The notes below the pieces were generated by a model. It saw nothing but the letters and a program-made list of their open reading frames with translations, did no database searches and was not told where the DNA came from. Positions 13,530 through 40,606 of a stretch of 64,000 bases of DNA are shown here, piece by piece (the stretch's first letter is position 1; the number at the start of each line of letters is the position of its first letter). The stretch covers positions 2,666,001 through 2,730,000 of the forward strand of contig JAYWIR010000005.1 in the NCBI GenBank assembly GCA_036172245.1, written 5' to 3'. The position numbers and the translations under genes are program-made. Source of the stretch: Raillietiella orientalis. Its lineage: Eukaryota.

Positions 13530-14002
13530 GAGCGTTCTCTATTAATTCTTTTCATTTTAAGCACGTGTTTCCACAGTAAAATAAATATTTTTAAAGTAAA
13601 TAGTGTTTCATTCCATGCAAATTCTAGTTTCCCAAAAGTCCGTAACTACATATTGCAATGCGTTATTTTGTGTATTTTAATTTGGCTACAGAGACATATA
13701 TTTCCATGCCAGATATTTCATGTCTGTCTCAGAAAAGCAAAATGCATGATAGTACATGATTAAAAATGCAAATGAGTGAAAAATTCTGCAAATCTTTCGT
13801 ACTATGAAGTAATGTACAATAGCATAATGAATTCCAGTGATTCAATTCGCCTAAATTTATAAGTGCCATGGCAATCCTTGTATTTGGCGCTTTCATCTTA
13901 AATGTGTCGGTAAATGTTTGATATGTGTTTAAGGAGATGTGCTTATGAAAAAACATACGTGTTTTTCTGTATTTTGAAAACTTTGGCGTTTCATGTACAA
14001 AT

Positions 14003-26633
<12,631 letters not shown>

Positions 26634-27279
26634 GCGACCACTTTTGAAAACGCAGTGCTTGACCAACATCGATGTCACCTTCAACGTGGACTGTGTGGTT
26701 GCATCTGTCCAACGGACTTTATGTACATCAGTAGTTTCTGTTTGTTTGTTTTATGATTCAGGATTTGTAATCATTTTATAAATAAGCCTCCTCGATCCCG
26801 GAAATTGCCCTGACGATGCATTAGCATGCATGTGTACATTGTCCATATTGTACCATACTCTATTTTTGTGTACAAGTATTTGTTAATGTTCAGTTTGGTT
26901 TACGAATTAATATGCTGTATTTGGATGTATACTTTATAATGATAATAGGACGTAGTTGTGTAAACAATGATGAGTGAAAGAGTTTTCATTTTCTGACTTT
27001 CAGCGGCCTACAACTTAGAGGGGAAAAAGAGTTGAGTGGTTCTTGCAGAACCCGATGATTTAACGCGACCGAATTGCTGAATGAAACGATGCGAGCTTAA
27101 AAATTCAGAACAGGTGGAAGTGTGAAGTGGTTCTTACAGTGTGTGGGGGGGGGGGTCCCAAACGTCTCCGACCTTAGGAGCTCTCAAAGTAAAAGGAAAT
27201 CCGGATCAGGAGCAACGACGAAGTCGTTCACGAAGAGTGGTGGCTCAAAGAGAAGTTTGGCGATTGCACGGGGTGTGGA

Positions 27280-27460
27280 AGCGTTTCGGGCGACCCTTCT
27301 CTGACACGATATCCCCGCGGGGCTCCGCATCCTGTTCAAAGAAAACGATTTTCGGGGTCGGCGAAGTTGCACGATGAAAGGAATCGCGCAGATTGAAACG
27401 GATTTCGAGTTTCGTCGCAGAATGATGTATGGCGACGGTGTCCTCCGAGAAAATCAGATG
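27280..27460 (-). mobile_element. Possible decayed Ty3/gypsy reverse-transcriptase fragment
   Basis: FSEDTVAIHHSATKLEIRFNLRDSFHRATSPTPKIVFFEQDAEPRGDIVSEKGRP resembles the DD...K..F.....LG.IVS..G..P pattern of gypsy RT. Confidence 0.3.
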
Positions 27461-28959
27461 GTAGCCGGGTTTTGTCGGAGCACGGGATTGTGATCAGTCT
27501 CATGGGAACCAGTGTTTTCGAGGTGGGGGTGGGGGAATCTTTGTGTTTCGTTTCGAAATGATGTTGGAAGGCTCAGGAAATTGCACCTGGGTTCGTGAAT
27601 CACTGGATGTGCTGCTCGAAAACCGCCAGGTCTTCCGTTTTGATGTGGTTCCTTCATTTCTTTCAGCACACCCGTGTGCTCATCAAGAAACGTAAAAGCG
27701 AAACTCACATCACACAGTGTTGAGTTGACAGTTGAGAAAACAAACGAAGTACTCAGAAAGGGAAGCACACTTTGTGATCTAGAAGTAGAGGAATTTTATA
27801 AACGGTGTTGTGCACCGATGTATGCAAGTCGGTTGATTCATATCGGAGAGGGCAGTTCTTAGAACTGCCTCGTGCAACTGACTAAGGAGAAAGTTAACAT
27901 ATTTGGGGAATACAGCCATACATTCTTTCTTTCCTTTTTTTTTCTTTCTAAAAAAATAATGCTCAGAAAACTCTAATCCTTTGGAACCATTAATGATCAC
28001 TTGCCACAGAAGCGATCCAGTGATTTCGTTTCCACGAATCTTTTACATATCAGAGAAAGATGATCAGCACCTCTCTAGCACATCAACATTTGCTGGACAG
28101 CTGCAGCAAAAAAAAGAAAGTCGTCAGAATCAGTTGCAATTAATGGAATTGCGAGCGTTGGCTCATCCTCAACATTTTAACAGTTTGGACTGTTCCTTTT
28201 GTACTTGATCATAGAAAAGAAAGGGGAGGGGGACTTCATAAGCACAACTCCTTCCACAATAGAGGGTATTTCTTCCAGAAGCAATTCTCTTTAGAGAAAA
28301 GCAGCAGTGACAACTTTTTACGCACTCATATCACATTATTCTCTTCCCTTATCAAATTCATAGCCTCGATAGTTCAAACCAAACATTAGCTTTGTAAACC
28401 GGAAGTTGGTTGTGGAATTCACAGTTTTTATGCATGAAGTCACTATGGATCCTTCAGTGCCCAACATTAATTACTGTTCGTACTGGTAAACCAGTTCTTG
28501 ATTAATCCTTTACTTACACCACTCCTTATTACAATGCGAGATGTAAAAGCTACCCTAACATGTTTTCTTAGTAATAACCACGAAATTCGATAGACTAGAG
28601 GTAAACTTTGAGTTCTTATTCATGTTCCATAAATAGCCAACGACTAATTGGCTTCCATCTAAAGTAAATGTACGTCCAGATCCACACAAGAAAGCAATAG
28701 GACTGACCTGGACTCCACTTTATGGATGCCTGAGTTTGCTGCAAAGGCAAAGTGTTGACCTGTGCAACACGTAATCGACGCCACTGCCTCGCTTATTTTC
28801 CGAACATCCCACTTAAAGTTCAATTCCAAATTGATTTGAATTCGTGCCTCGATGCAAGCTTTCTCAGCACAACAACTTGTGTGTGTGATGTGAGGTATCT
28901 CATCAGAAACCATCTGAGCCATGGGACGCACCGCACCAACCTTTCTATTGCTCACTCAC

Positions 28960-29570
28960 ATTGGCAGCAAGCACCCTAATCATCCTTAACCACTTCAACC
29001 TTAGCACACGAATGCATGCCATTACACTTATAAACACCGTCATCAATCCGCAATTTCTCGACGAACCACCCGCATCTCCATGATCACTGAAGATAATTAT
29101 AGGATTCATTTCATAACCAGCCGTGTTGCCATATACTTATTTGTGATACCCCACACTAAATAATGAAACCCTTGCACCTCTGCTTTACCCTCTCTTATTT
29201 ATTAGATCCTCGCTTCAGCGCATGCCGGCGCAAATTTTCTTCTCGGTTGGCTTTACACACGTCACCTTCAACAACAGCAGCATCAATGGCTCAAATAACC
29301 ACTGCCATATGATTGACACAGTCTGAAATCTTTCTGGGACAAAAGGTAGTTTCTCCATCCTTTGCTTCTAGGGAACTCCACTCATCTAAGGGTCTGACGA
29401 CGCCAATCTAAAACCCAAACCATGTGGCATTCTCAATCCAGCGGACGGACGCTATAAATCTTCCACCTCTTGAGGATGACCTATTCTGGATCGAAGTCGC
29501 AAACATTGAAAGATGCCTTCAGACAGATTCTCCTTCGCTATTCGCTGACGATTTTTCGTAAGCGAACCAT
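28960..29570 (+). mobile_element. Decayed CR1/L2-type LINE fragments (APE endonuclease and RT motifs)
   Basis: LIILNHFNL (cf. GDFN) near 28975. LFWIEVANIERCLQTDSPSLFADD (cf. LFLIFINDL...LFADD) ends near 29552, in the same frame with intervening stops. Confidence 0.4.
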
Positions 29571-32500
29571 CACGAAGATTTGTGCTCATCATCCTTCCCA
29601 GGCACTACTTAATTATTTCACCTCATTTCCAACTAAGAAACACGGTTGTTAAGGGATCTTCCGGTTCCTTGGATTTTTCATTAGATTTCACCATTTCATT
29701 AGATTTCACCATGGCATTCAATTCAACATGAAATCAAAGCCGTGGCCATTCATGCTAGCGATTCAGTTCAATACATAATTATTATGCTATCTTATCAGCC
29801 ATTTACTAATCATCTAGTATCATGTATCAGCCATAAGAAAATGTCTTGAGAGCTAAGCAAAGTTTTGAGTAAAATTTACACCCTCGCCCTTCATTTATAC
29901 CCTATAGCACTAACATTATCGCTTCTCTGTTCCTCGCAATTAAAAACAGTATGTTAAAAGATTTCTTTATAACCATAATCGAGATATTCTACATCTATGA
30001 TCAGTTCAAAATCAATATCATATTAGAATTAAATAGTATAATGGCTGCTCCTACGGCCATGATAATTCAATAGTATAATGCAAGCGAGTTCATCTCTGTT
30101 TCCTTTCTGTTAAACAGAAATCCTTATTTCTCTAAATGATGCTTCATTACATTGTGTTACATGCAACATCAATTTCATGTAGCATGTTTACACCCGAGTC
30201 TTAAATAGGCTGTCTCCATGCAATTCCATTCGGATACAAAAGATACCCCCCCACAGGGCATTTCTACTCTGCTTGCAATTTCCATTTCAACATTTTACCG
30301 TCATTAGGCCATCGATTTATTACTAACAAGCTTGTGACCACATCATATATGAATATTATATATGCACACTTTTTCCCCATGATTGTCCCTTCGCAATCCC
30401 TTCATCAAGCTAAGTCTATTGGTCCAGAGATGCTCCGCAGTGCATCCATTATGCAACGACTTAACCTGATGTCAAGCCGGCGGCAGGAGGTTTGCATCAA
30501 TCATTATGATGTTTAGCCTTCCAGTCTCAAATGATTTTACAATCACATCCCAATTCAGTATAAGAGCTGACCTTTACATATCCAAATACCTACATACTGT
30601 CGTTCGCTATGTTCTCTGTTGGATTCAATTTCATCATTTGACTGTGAACAACCAAATATTTTAAATATTAGAGAAGAAGAAGAGAAAGATCGTTGTGGTT
30701 TATCAGTGTGGTTTCTAAGCAAAGTACCCTCACCATCGCCCATCTACTATTTGTTCGTCGACCTCACAAGTGCACCTACTTTCATTTTACTTTAAGAAAT
30801 TATTTTTTTTATGATGGCCACATATAAAGCCTAAAATTTATTGTATATGTAAGAGAAACTTTCACTTATTTAACTCTTATGTTGCTACCGGTATACAATT
30901 AGCGCAAGTTCAGTAAGTATTGAAACCAAATACAACCTATCATGGCATCTCGAATTCGTAGGTGTCGTATTATAAAAACGAATAAAAAAACGGAATCTGA
31001 AAATGGATGCTTCAGAACAGCAAATTCCTAATTTGTTTTTTGCCACTGCTTCATAACGAGTTTCCAGAAATCCCGGTTTGTTGTACACAAGGGGTGGTTC
31101 AAGTGGTTTTGTTTGTACAAAATGAATACCGAATCGAGACCAGCCATCCGCCAAAAGATCCCAAAGACGTCGCCTCTCTTTCGAAAGCAAATAATTTTTC
31201 CTCATTTAATAATACTTTGACTAAACACCTTACACACACACACACACATTATTCCATCCAATTGAGATTGAGGCATAATGCACGGACCATGTGTCGAGAA
31301 TCACAGACTGACTATCACTGCCCTCTCCCTTTCAATGTCTTTTAATAATTATTCTTGTCGAAATGAATTCTTATCGTATTTTCACTGGTCCTTACCAAAT
31401 TATAGAAAATTATGCAAACATATACTATTCTGCAAATTCATAAACCAAGGCAGATCTGCTAATAATCGAACTGCCGAATCTCACATAAGCACATTAATTA
31501 AGCGAATACACTAATAGCATACATCGATAATGCATTTTCAAATACATTAAATTTATATGTCAATTTCCCATGTAATATGAATTTCATACGTAATGTTCAT
31601 ATATTGTATGAATTTTCAATTCTTCGTTAGGAAGATCATCTTGAGTCTGTTATGAAACGACCATTTTTCCCTCTATTTAGACGCAAATTTTTTCAAATAG
31701 AGCTGAAATTAAAAGGCAAGCTTCTACCTGCAGTTCTTTCTGTTCTCTGAGAACCACAGTGGTTGGCAGCCTCCGCGTTGGACACCAGAGAAAAGTTGTC
31801 ACGAAATCTTTCTTGACCTTCTCCATCGAATGCATTGAAAGTGCTTTCAAAAAAATATCGAGAAATGACAGTTGGCTTCATTTCATATTTGTGTCTTCCT
31901 GTTCTGCTGCCGTTTACCTCCGTTTTTGTCATTCTTTCAGTGAATTTTCCACATCATCAAATGCTGAGAACTGAGGTTCTCAAGGCATACGAAAAATCCA
32001 AGGGAGGAGCTGAGGAGGAAAGTAGGATTTTTAAAACGAGGAAAACATGCTCCTACTCTACACAAGGGTAAAGCCTCATCGAAATGTCCCAGTTTTTAGA
32101 CTGGGCATTGCTGCAGCTTTTCGTCATGAATGCTTTCGATGCCACAGGAACAAATGTGGCAGGCATCTTCCCATCTCCACATTTAACGGCCAAAAACTAT
32201 TTGGCTATTTAAAATGCTCATCTTGAATCACATTAACGTAACGTTAGTTATCTTCCTGTCCACCCCAATGCTTCCACGCCCTTCCTTCCCTGTTTGCTGT
32301 GGTTGTATACGAAAGCACAAGTTTCAACACGACTCCCTTTCATTCGAGCGGAAGATGTGATTCCATTTCCCTTTCCATTGGTCCGACGAGACGCCTGCAA
32401 TCGCTTTCAGAACACACTCGTCTTTGGCAACAGCATCCCTCGCCTCCATTGTTCCAAGTTCCTCTGCTTACGTATATCGAACTTGTTGATCTCATGGAAA

Positions 32501-33899
32501 CTTTCGTTTCCTCTGGTTTCAAAATCGAGACTTTTACGTGGCTCCATGTTGAGCTGTAGATTCAGTAGATCTCGTTAAGTCGCAAGACCTCTGCATTAAG
32601 CAGTGAGACAACTGCTCTATGGACATACTAAAATGACATCTACTCCGTGCAATTAAGCAAGGCCGGATAGATTCCCAGCCTTTTTGTCTCTTTCGGCAGT
32701 TTAAATATCGGCTTGGGACATCGCTGTCAATTATTGAAAAGTAAAGTTTACCGCTTCTCTATTTGCTCCACGCAAATAGGAAGCTGGAGTCAACTAACCG
32801 AGGTATGACGAACCCACTGCGAAGTCGGAAGCGCTCTCAGTCTTCGAGCATACGAGTGGGAAGAGCCTGCGTGAGAACAGGAGAGAGTAACTAGTAGAAC
32901 GAGATATGTAAAAGGTGCCTTCAGGGAGTTCTAAAGGGGTGCAGGCGAAACAACTAGCTGTTTCCTTAAAGGAAAAAATCTTTAGCTTGTCGTGTCTGAT
33001 TGTAGTTCAAACACATTTCAAACTTGGATAACAGCCAGGTATGTAAGTCAGATGTCTGCTGCCAGACATTTCTTACACACTTTTCCAAAATTCATGATTA
33101 GTCTGCAATTAGATTCCAGGCCGTAACTTGCAGAGCAAGGCGGCTTGAAAACGTGCATTTCCTCACATGAATGCTTTCGGGCATCCCCTTCAGCTACTCG
33201 TTTGTGCAGTTTTCCGAACATTCAAACTGACCAGTCACAATATGAAGGTATGTCATGAATGAAGCAAAGCAAGAAAAAAAAAAAAATCCATAAGCGCTTC
33301 AGATTTCATGCTGTGCATGAGGTTTCTATTAGATCTAAGATAGTGGTGCTTGCGATCGAACGGGGACGACAAATAAACTACAAGAAGTGGCACTGATTAG
33401 GGAAAGACCATCTTTGGAAGGCTTGCTTTAATCTGGAACTTTTGACCGACGTCGTCTGCTACAGGACTGAGATCGCGTTGGTATTGCCGGTGCTGAGGCT
33501 GTTTTCCCGGAAAGACAATGTACAGACATGCAGACAGTTTCATGTCAAGAGAAACTGCAGAGTGCGATTTTGAAGTTAACACGAGACAGCTCGTCTGTCT
33601 GCAGAAGCAGTAATTATGCATGGCAAATTGTCGAAACTGGAACTCTATACCCCCCATTAAAGTTCGAGCAGTAGGGACAGCTCCCCAGAATTAGGCGGCG
33701 TGCGGAAAGCGAGGAGTGTTTACAGGTTTGGAAACGCCCCATCTCAAGGTAAGACTTCGTAATTGCAGGAGCGGAAAATCCTTATCAGGCCTTCAAGGCG
33801 GCTTCAGTTCAGCGATGCTGTTGTCTTAAGCGAACGACTCCGACCATCAAAGATGGCGGGTTAGCACGCGGGGCCACGCTCCGGCCACCTTCGACCACG

Positions 33900-34800
33900 C
33901 GACTCAAAAGGAAAGGCACCCCATTTTTCGGGATGAAAAAACGTTCCGGTCTTTGGAAAGCATGGAGTAAATGGTTAAGTGGATGTTTCCTTCGTTCCGT
34001 AGACTTTGAGAATACGAATCATCCGCCAGTGGAGTCAGTGGAAGATGGAGTGGAAGTTCTTGGAAAGGAATTCAAGGGGAAAGGAAAGGCTCGAGCTAAA
34101 TTCGACCGAAGTCAGCACGGTGGATTATGTCAGGATCTCTGGCCCTATGAGATAGGAGCATCTCTCCGATGGGTCAGAATACAAAATCTGCTTGCAAGCC
34201 GGGCGAATCCACATCCCGAAAGAAGTTTTCTTTCGTGTTGGCCTCAACGGGACGTGTTCGTCTCAGCGACTCTATTCCAGGGATTTCGGACGGATGAAAA
34301 GAGCAGTGAGTGGGGTGAAGGATTGTCGAAATCCGCAGGCATGCCCCGAAGACTTGCTTCGACCCGGAAGATCGTTGAGATCTTTACCCCCAAGCTGAAG
34401 ATCTTCAAGACTTGTAGAGACGAATCCAAAGAACCGACTATGGTCGTGAAGGAATCTCATATGATTGTACAAGCACCACTGAATTCGTTCTTTGAGCTGA
34501 GGATAGAAAGTTTTCCAACCCCTGAAAAACAAAAAAAACAAATACAAAGTTGAGTGATAGGTCGATCGATCTAAAAAAGCTTCACTTGAAGAGACTCCTG
34601 CCGATTGGTCATCAGGGCAAATTCCGAGCAGGTGAATTTCCTCTTTTGTTTTAGTACCCTCTGTGCCTCTCTTGAAGTTTTTTTTTTTTTTTATACGGTC
34701 AGCAACATTTTCAATACCAAGAGCTGTTGTGCAATGATCGAATTCGTAGTTTTCACATGCTTTCTGCACCCGCGCGTTACCCAATCAAAATCCAGCTGAT
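33900..34800 (-). mobile_element. Decayed LINE (CR1/L2-like) reverse transcriptase remnant
   Basis: ORF 34272-34784: CTTAL..HLLGI..AFLDR..LYLFFLFF..RIQWCLYNHMRF parallels RT segments STxxAL, KLxxxGI, SFLxxR, PLLFLIY, WCxxNxMxLN. Heavily degenerate. Confidence 0.4.
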
Positions 34801-36868
34801 TTGAATTCAGATCTTTATCTCGTCCACCACTCAGCATACTCTGATTTACATCTTTCACCGCGACATAGGCACCTTTCTCACCATCACAGTACTGCTATAT
34901 CTGCTACATCCCGCGATCCTCCAGCGATGTCTAAAAAACGCTTCTTTGAAAACTGTATCTGGTTTCGAAATTCCTTCTTCAAATGGCGCGCGCCTCCTCC
35001 ATTCCGAGATAAAAAAAAAGACACGCCCTTTCTGTCTGAGGAGTCCTCGAGAGAGTGAATGATTCTTCGAGTCCCGCAGCAGTGGCACCTCTGCGAGGAG
35101 CCCGTGTGAGTTCGGACCATGAGACTTTTCGTGAATGAACGTGGGAAACGTGGACGTAGGAACCAGACTTGCTCTACATCTGATTAGATAACGCTTGAGG
35201 CATGAACGGAGAGAATGAGAAAACTGCCATGATTTTTTTCGAAGAAACTCGATTTGAGAACCTGGAGTCTGATTTTGGATCTCGAATACAAGCCTGCAAT
35301 CCTTGGTATTGGAAAAGAAGGAAGAAAAAAAGAAAAGAAAAGAAAAAGGCTCCGCTTGCAAAGAAGGAAGCTTAGCAATTTTTTTTTTTCAAATGAACGT
35401 TTGATCTTTGCTTCCCAGGTAGGCGGTGAAAACTATCAGATTCCAAATGAAATGCGAGTTGTCTTTTTTTTTCGCTTCTGACGACAAAGCAGATAAACGC
35501 GCGCCTTTTGTAGGCTCCCAATGCACTCTTAATGGAATTCCTCGTCGGTTCTTTCAATCGCAGCTTCAGCTCCATTTTTTAAATAAATTTCATCCAGCGT
35601 TCGTGTAGATTCAGTGGATTTCGTTACGAGTTGAAGCATATAAATGCTTCACTCGTCGACAAACTGAATGCGGAGGAAACCATGGAGACTGGTGGCTTCC
35701 CGCCTTTATTCCCTCCCGGGATTCGCTTCGCCGTCCGAAGGAGTCTCCTGCACGAGGGAAGTTTTCATCTCGACAGCTTTCGCTTCTTTCGGAGCTGAAG
35801 TCCACTCGGACGAAAACCGACCGGGTGCCGCTTCCCGAGTGGACAGCTCCCACGAGAGCACTTGCAGCTCTCAGAGCAAAGCTTGCGGACCCACGCCAGA
35901 GCCTCTGCGAGTGAGTATACACACCGCAAGCAGAGGAGCACCTCCTCCTCAAAGCTCAGATTCCCCGAGGTTTGGATTTTCGAAGGTGGACTTGGGGAAG
36001 GAGGATTCCCACCTGGAGCAACAGCCCCCCTTGATTTTCTCCCGTGCCCTGGAAAATTGCACACCCTGGTGACCACAGAATGATCGCCGTGTTTGATCAT
36101 CGAGCTTCTTTGACACGCAGCGTTCCTCTTCGTTATACAGCATCTTTCTCATCCACTTCCTGAGTACCCGTCTATTCCTCAGAAGATGGGAAAATCGCGA
36201 TTTTCCATTCGGTGTGCGTTCGCGGGTCAATACAATGCAATCCCAAACCATGGAGAAGGACCGGATGGTTCTCTGGAACTCAGGCACTATATTCTCTTCC
36301 ACCCTTTACAATCCGGCTTGTGGTGGAAAAGGGTGAAACTCATCCGAGTGACGTACCAAAGCAAGGCAAACCAAACCAACTAGTCTCTCTTCGCCTTCCG
36401 ATGTCTTCTCAAGGAGGCTGAACTTCCTCCTCTTCTCGCAGTTCTCCATCTCCGACTGAGTTCGTGACTCGATGTCAAAGTCTGGCATTTCTTCTCCTTC
36501 GCTCTCCTGTTGCCTGGCTTCCTGCTTTGTGCATCCCTTCAGGGCACCTGGAGAGGCTCGTTCTTGGTGCCGCAGTTCCTGCAGGCGAATCGCACCGAGT
36601 GCTTCCCTTCTTCGTCCTCTGCGTTGCGCTGCAAACCTCTAGGAGGTCTTCTGAGAGCGCAAACGCAGTGACCCTGGACAGCCGTCTCGCGCCTTGCCGC
36701 AGCGCTGTCTACTCTCAAGGAAAACAATGGCAGCAGTCAGCCGGTGGGGGGTCTTCTGCAGCACGGCAAGAGTCGAGGAACTCCCGGGCAGCTGCAAGAC
36801 GAGTATGTCGGTGAACGCTGCCACTCCCCATTCTTCGGCGAGGGGGCTCCTCCGGTGGATAACTCACT

Positions 36869-38070
36869 TGGTTTATCACCCGGTCACGGCGGGGCGTTTA
36901 TTGAAAAAAATTATAAACATACATATGTAGGGCCATGGGCCCTTCATTGTTTCAAAATGCCCGGAACCTGCCGACTAACCGGCACGCAGGCCGGCGAGGT
37001 TCGCCTCGGCACTGGAGGGGGAGGAAATAAAAATAAAAAAAAAACGAGAAAAAAAAATATATAGAAAAATTGGGAGTATTAGGGAAGGAATTATCTGGAG
37101 CTGGAGGGCGTCCTCTGCATCCTTTTCAGGATGCCGGTAAGTTCCATGCGAGTGTCCCCCAGGTGGAGCTATCTTGCTGCCGTCCACAGAAAGCTCAGGG
37201 AGAAGGGCAGATGGCGTCCCTGTCGTGCTGTCCTCCTCTCGCGTAGCTCCAGGCTGCCAACAATCCCACGTAGGCAGCAGCAAAGAGCTTCTGGGGATGC
37301 GGCAGGCAAAAGGGCATTGCCCACGAAGAGGCGCTTCATCACGTCCCTGAGATTGTCCGTCGGCGCACCAGTTTTAACGCAACCACAGGGGCTGGAGGGC
37401 AACAGTCTAGGAGCAGGTGCGGGAGCTGGGATTACCGTTCCCCGCATCTGCAACAGTTGGGGTCCACAGCTCTCCGGGACTAGTGGGAGCGGTGGACGTT
37501 GCACAAGAGACCAATGCAACAGCAGAAGTGCCGACTCTTTCCACTATTCAAGGGGGGGAGGAGGATTGTTCTTCAGCGCCGGGGACCACTCGGGGACTTC
37601 CTGTGGTGGGAAGGCACACACAGTGGGATGGACTTCTTGAAGTGGGATTCCCAGCAGCTCACCACAGTGCAATAGTCCTTTCAGTGGGGCAATTGGGGTT
37701 GCAGCGCCCATGAGCTGGCCAGTGGTCCAACCATCTAATTTCTTCGTCCGAAGACCAATTTCGCAGCCAACCTCCCATGTAGCCAGCTGGTTACTGCCCA
37801 AGTGCACCCTGAGGGAAGGCAGTGCCGCGGCTAGGGAGGTTCTTTGCACCCACGCACAAGTGGTGGGCTGCACAATGACGCCCTGCAGCGGGTGGTTGTT
37901 GTAGAAGGCAGTGCAGCAGTCGCTGCCGCATATCCGGGCTCTCTTCGTTGTTCTTGGCCCACGTGCAAACCGTTCCCTGCAACCAGGCGCTACAGTTCGC
38001 GGGCAGGCAGAAGATCCAGTTGTTGGTCCTGGTCCTCAGTTTTTGTGTGCCTTCGTTAGACCGCACGCAG
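36869..38070 (-). mobile_element. 5'-truncated L1/Tx1-like non-LTR retrotransposon (3' end), copy A
   Basis: C-terminal zinc-finger-like VDPNCCRCGER*SQLPHLLLDC, then ALCCCLRGIV, a T-rich 3' UTR, and terminus AATAAACGCCCCGCCGTGACCGGGTGATAAACCA (36902-36869). Homologous to copy B. Confidence 0.7.
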
Positions 38071-38899
38071 AACTGAGTCGAAAATCTGAGACTTTCCGGT
38101 GATTCTCAACTGAGTTTATTTACTTGCTTTATTTATTTATTCTTGAAATCAGCCTTCCATATATCGGAAAACTAAATCCAGCTCGAGGATATCTTTCTTG
38201 TGATCCACAGTTGTTTCGACCTCTCTGAAGAAAGAGCAACTTTGCGCCACGTGAAGATCAAAAGCGTTTGCTGCTTGTTTTATTTTGAGTGCTCCTACCT
38301 TCTAATTTAGCACCCTTCGTAAAGCTGACATTCGTACCATCAACTTGTAAGACGATCCTCTGCAAATCCGTGCTTTGGAATGGGCTAATCACACGGTGAA
38401 ACATATGTATATGTACACTAAAACTCTTGAAATACACACGCACATATATTTTCAAGACTTTTGGTCTCAGAAGCACAAATTACTATGTATATGTATGTAA
38501 TACCTGGAGATTAAAGTTCTGGCCACACCAGACCTTGAAGGACGTCGACTCACCTGGTGTTGTGGCCAGATTCCTTGTCTTCTGAACTGAGATGCAGAGA
38601 TGTGATCTTGATAAGGGATCATTCGTGGAGCACACCTGGCTCAATTAGAGACTGCTCCTCGCCGAACTTGGCAGACTTCCCCAATGCAAACCAACTGCAG
38701 GTCTCAAGGTGGCTCGGAAAGTTCAGCGAAACCCGTGAAACCGAACGGTTGGGAAACGAACAGGGCAACAAATGAAGAAGAACATTAAAGTGATCACAGC
38801 ATTTTTTTTACATCAGCTTCCTTCAGACTTTCAAAATTACCAGGATGCGTATGGATTCACCTTGTATCTTCTGAGTGGAACAATCTGAAGGACTGGATG

Positions 38900-40606
38900 A
38901 TTTGATTTCCCGAATATGATGGAGTCAAGTAGCCACCTTGGAGCCCACTTGGCGGTCGTGTGGCTACAGTCTCCACGCGTAGCACCAAGCGTTGCTGGTT
39001 CGAATACCCGTAAAGGACGGACGGGAGCACTGGACAATCGCTCATTATTTTTGCTTGGCGCGGAAAAGGTTCACGAGGGAACTGCTTCTTCACGCTGCTT
39101 CTTCGCTCTTCCTGCTAACCGCATGGTCTCAATTCGGACGTCGAACCAACCCCTGCTTCCGTAAAATGTCTTCTGGATCGTAGGTGGCTCCATAGGTCAT
39201 CTTCGTTCTCCTCTTCGGGATAGTGTCCCGAGCGCACCGTCGTTCGCACGACCAGAATAATCCCAGGAATCGCACGACGGTTGCCGTGACTTCCTTCGAT
39301 TGGAAGCGGAGGTCGGTTTGCGATGTTCGCTCGCTCTTCACCTGCTTTGCGTCCTCCCACACAAGAGGAAGCGCAGCATCCCTGTGCTCGTGCTCTGTTC
39401 GTGAAGACCACCGGTCCTTTTTCTCCGGAGCGAACAAGTACGGTTGAAGTTGGCCAACCACTTTCGGGATGGGATGGCCGAAGATTCAACCATCAAATCC
39501 CACCGCTTTGCTCGGTCCCTTTCATTTGGTTCACGAGCCCTTTGTGTGCCGCTGCCACGACCAAGGTTTGGTGACGGTGCGCGGGGATCTTTATACACCC
39601 ACCACGTGTTCGCGTCCGCCCACAGTCGCTGGCAAGTGATGCTCGTGAAGGCTCGTGAAGGAGGATTCCACGGCTACACCTGTTGTACTTGAGAGCCTCG
39701 GAGAGCCCTGCAGGTGGTGGCTGGAAGCGCCCCCGGGGCGGTGCACCATCACGCGGACGCTAGTACCCCGACTGTCCCGCCGAATGGACTTGTACGCTGG
39801 GGCGCGCTGCTCGACGTACCTCCGGAGGAGGTGAAGTGGCCCCCGCCGTATTGGGACAGTGGCACCCTCCTTTTGGATTGGGAGGAGACGGTGCTGCTTG
39901 TGCTCCAATGGGGACTTTTGAGCAGAGCACGCCTGTCTCACTGGACATCGGGGAGTGTGGATGCCAACTGTGCAGAGTGCGGGGAAAGAGAAACCTTCCC
40001 CCACTTAATCACCGGGTTTGTTGCCCTCCGTCATATGTGGGATCGACTCTCGTCGATCCTGAACATCCCGGGGGCGACCCCAAGAACATTTTTCGACTCT
40101 TGATGCGGGACGCCTTGCCAGCCTCCGGGTGTGTAGCAGTTCTCTGTTGCATACGCGGAATCCTGGACAAGTGGACCGCGTCAAGGAGAGGCCGGACCAG
40201 TAGGAATGCCATTCACTGGGCAGTGATCTCCTTGGAGAAGGCCTACCGTTGGCGCCGACTCAAGATACATTTGCCGGCACTTGTTCGCATCCGGAACCGG
40301 ACGCAGAGACCTCCTCACGGCGTACCGTGATCCCCTCCCTTCCCCCCCCCCGCTCAAAGAACATTGCCCCCCCAGGCGTTTTTCTTTGTTTGTTTTATTT
40401 TTGTTTTTCCCGTCCCTGCGCCAGTGTGAAGGACCTTATCGTCCTGAGGGTCGGTAAGGACAAGTGCCCCAATAGACAAAAACTTCTGAAGTGATCTAAA
40501 AAAGAAAAACATTTTTAACAAAAAAAAAAGACTTTATTATGGAATTTTTTTCTCTATGTAAAAAATTTTAATAATAAAAGCCCCGGCTCACCCGGGTGAA
40601 AAACCA
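38900..40606 (+). mobile_element. 5'-truncated L1/Tx1-like non-LTR retrotransposon (3' end), copy B
   Basis: ORF 39714-40103 contains VDANCAECGERETFPHLITG (zf-RVT-like), then AVLCCIRGIL, a T-rich 3' UTR, and terminus AATAAAAGCCCCGGCTCACCCGGGTGAAAAACCA (40573-40606). 5' boundary approximate. Confidence 0.72.

Noticed and set aside
33933..34553. 206-aa plus-strand ORF as a real gene
   Set aside because: No recognisable domain. The opposite strand carries LINE RT-like motifs, so it is probably an antisense shadow.
38945..39012. tRNA/SINE-like B box GGTTCGAATAC
   Set aside because: No cloverleaf or acceptor stem can be formed, and it lies in or at the edge of the LINE fragment.
36869..40606. 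Twin-priming inversion of a single L1 insertion
   Set aside because: Both opposed segments contain the same 3'-terminal region and are clearly diverged, so they are separate insertions.
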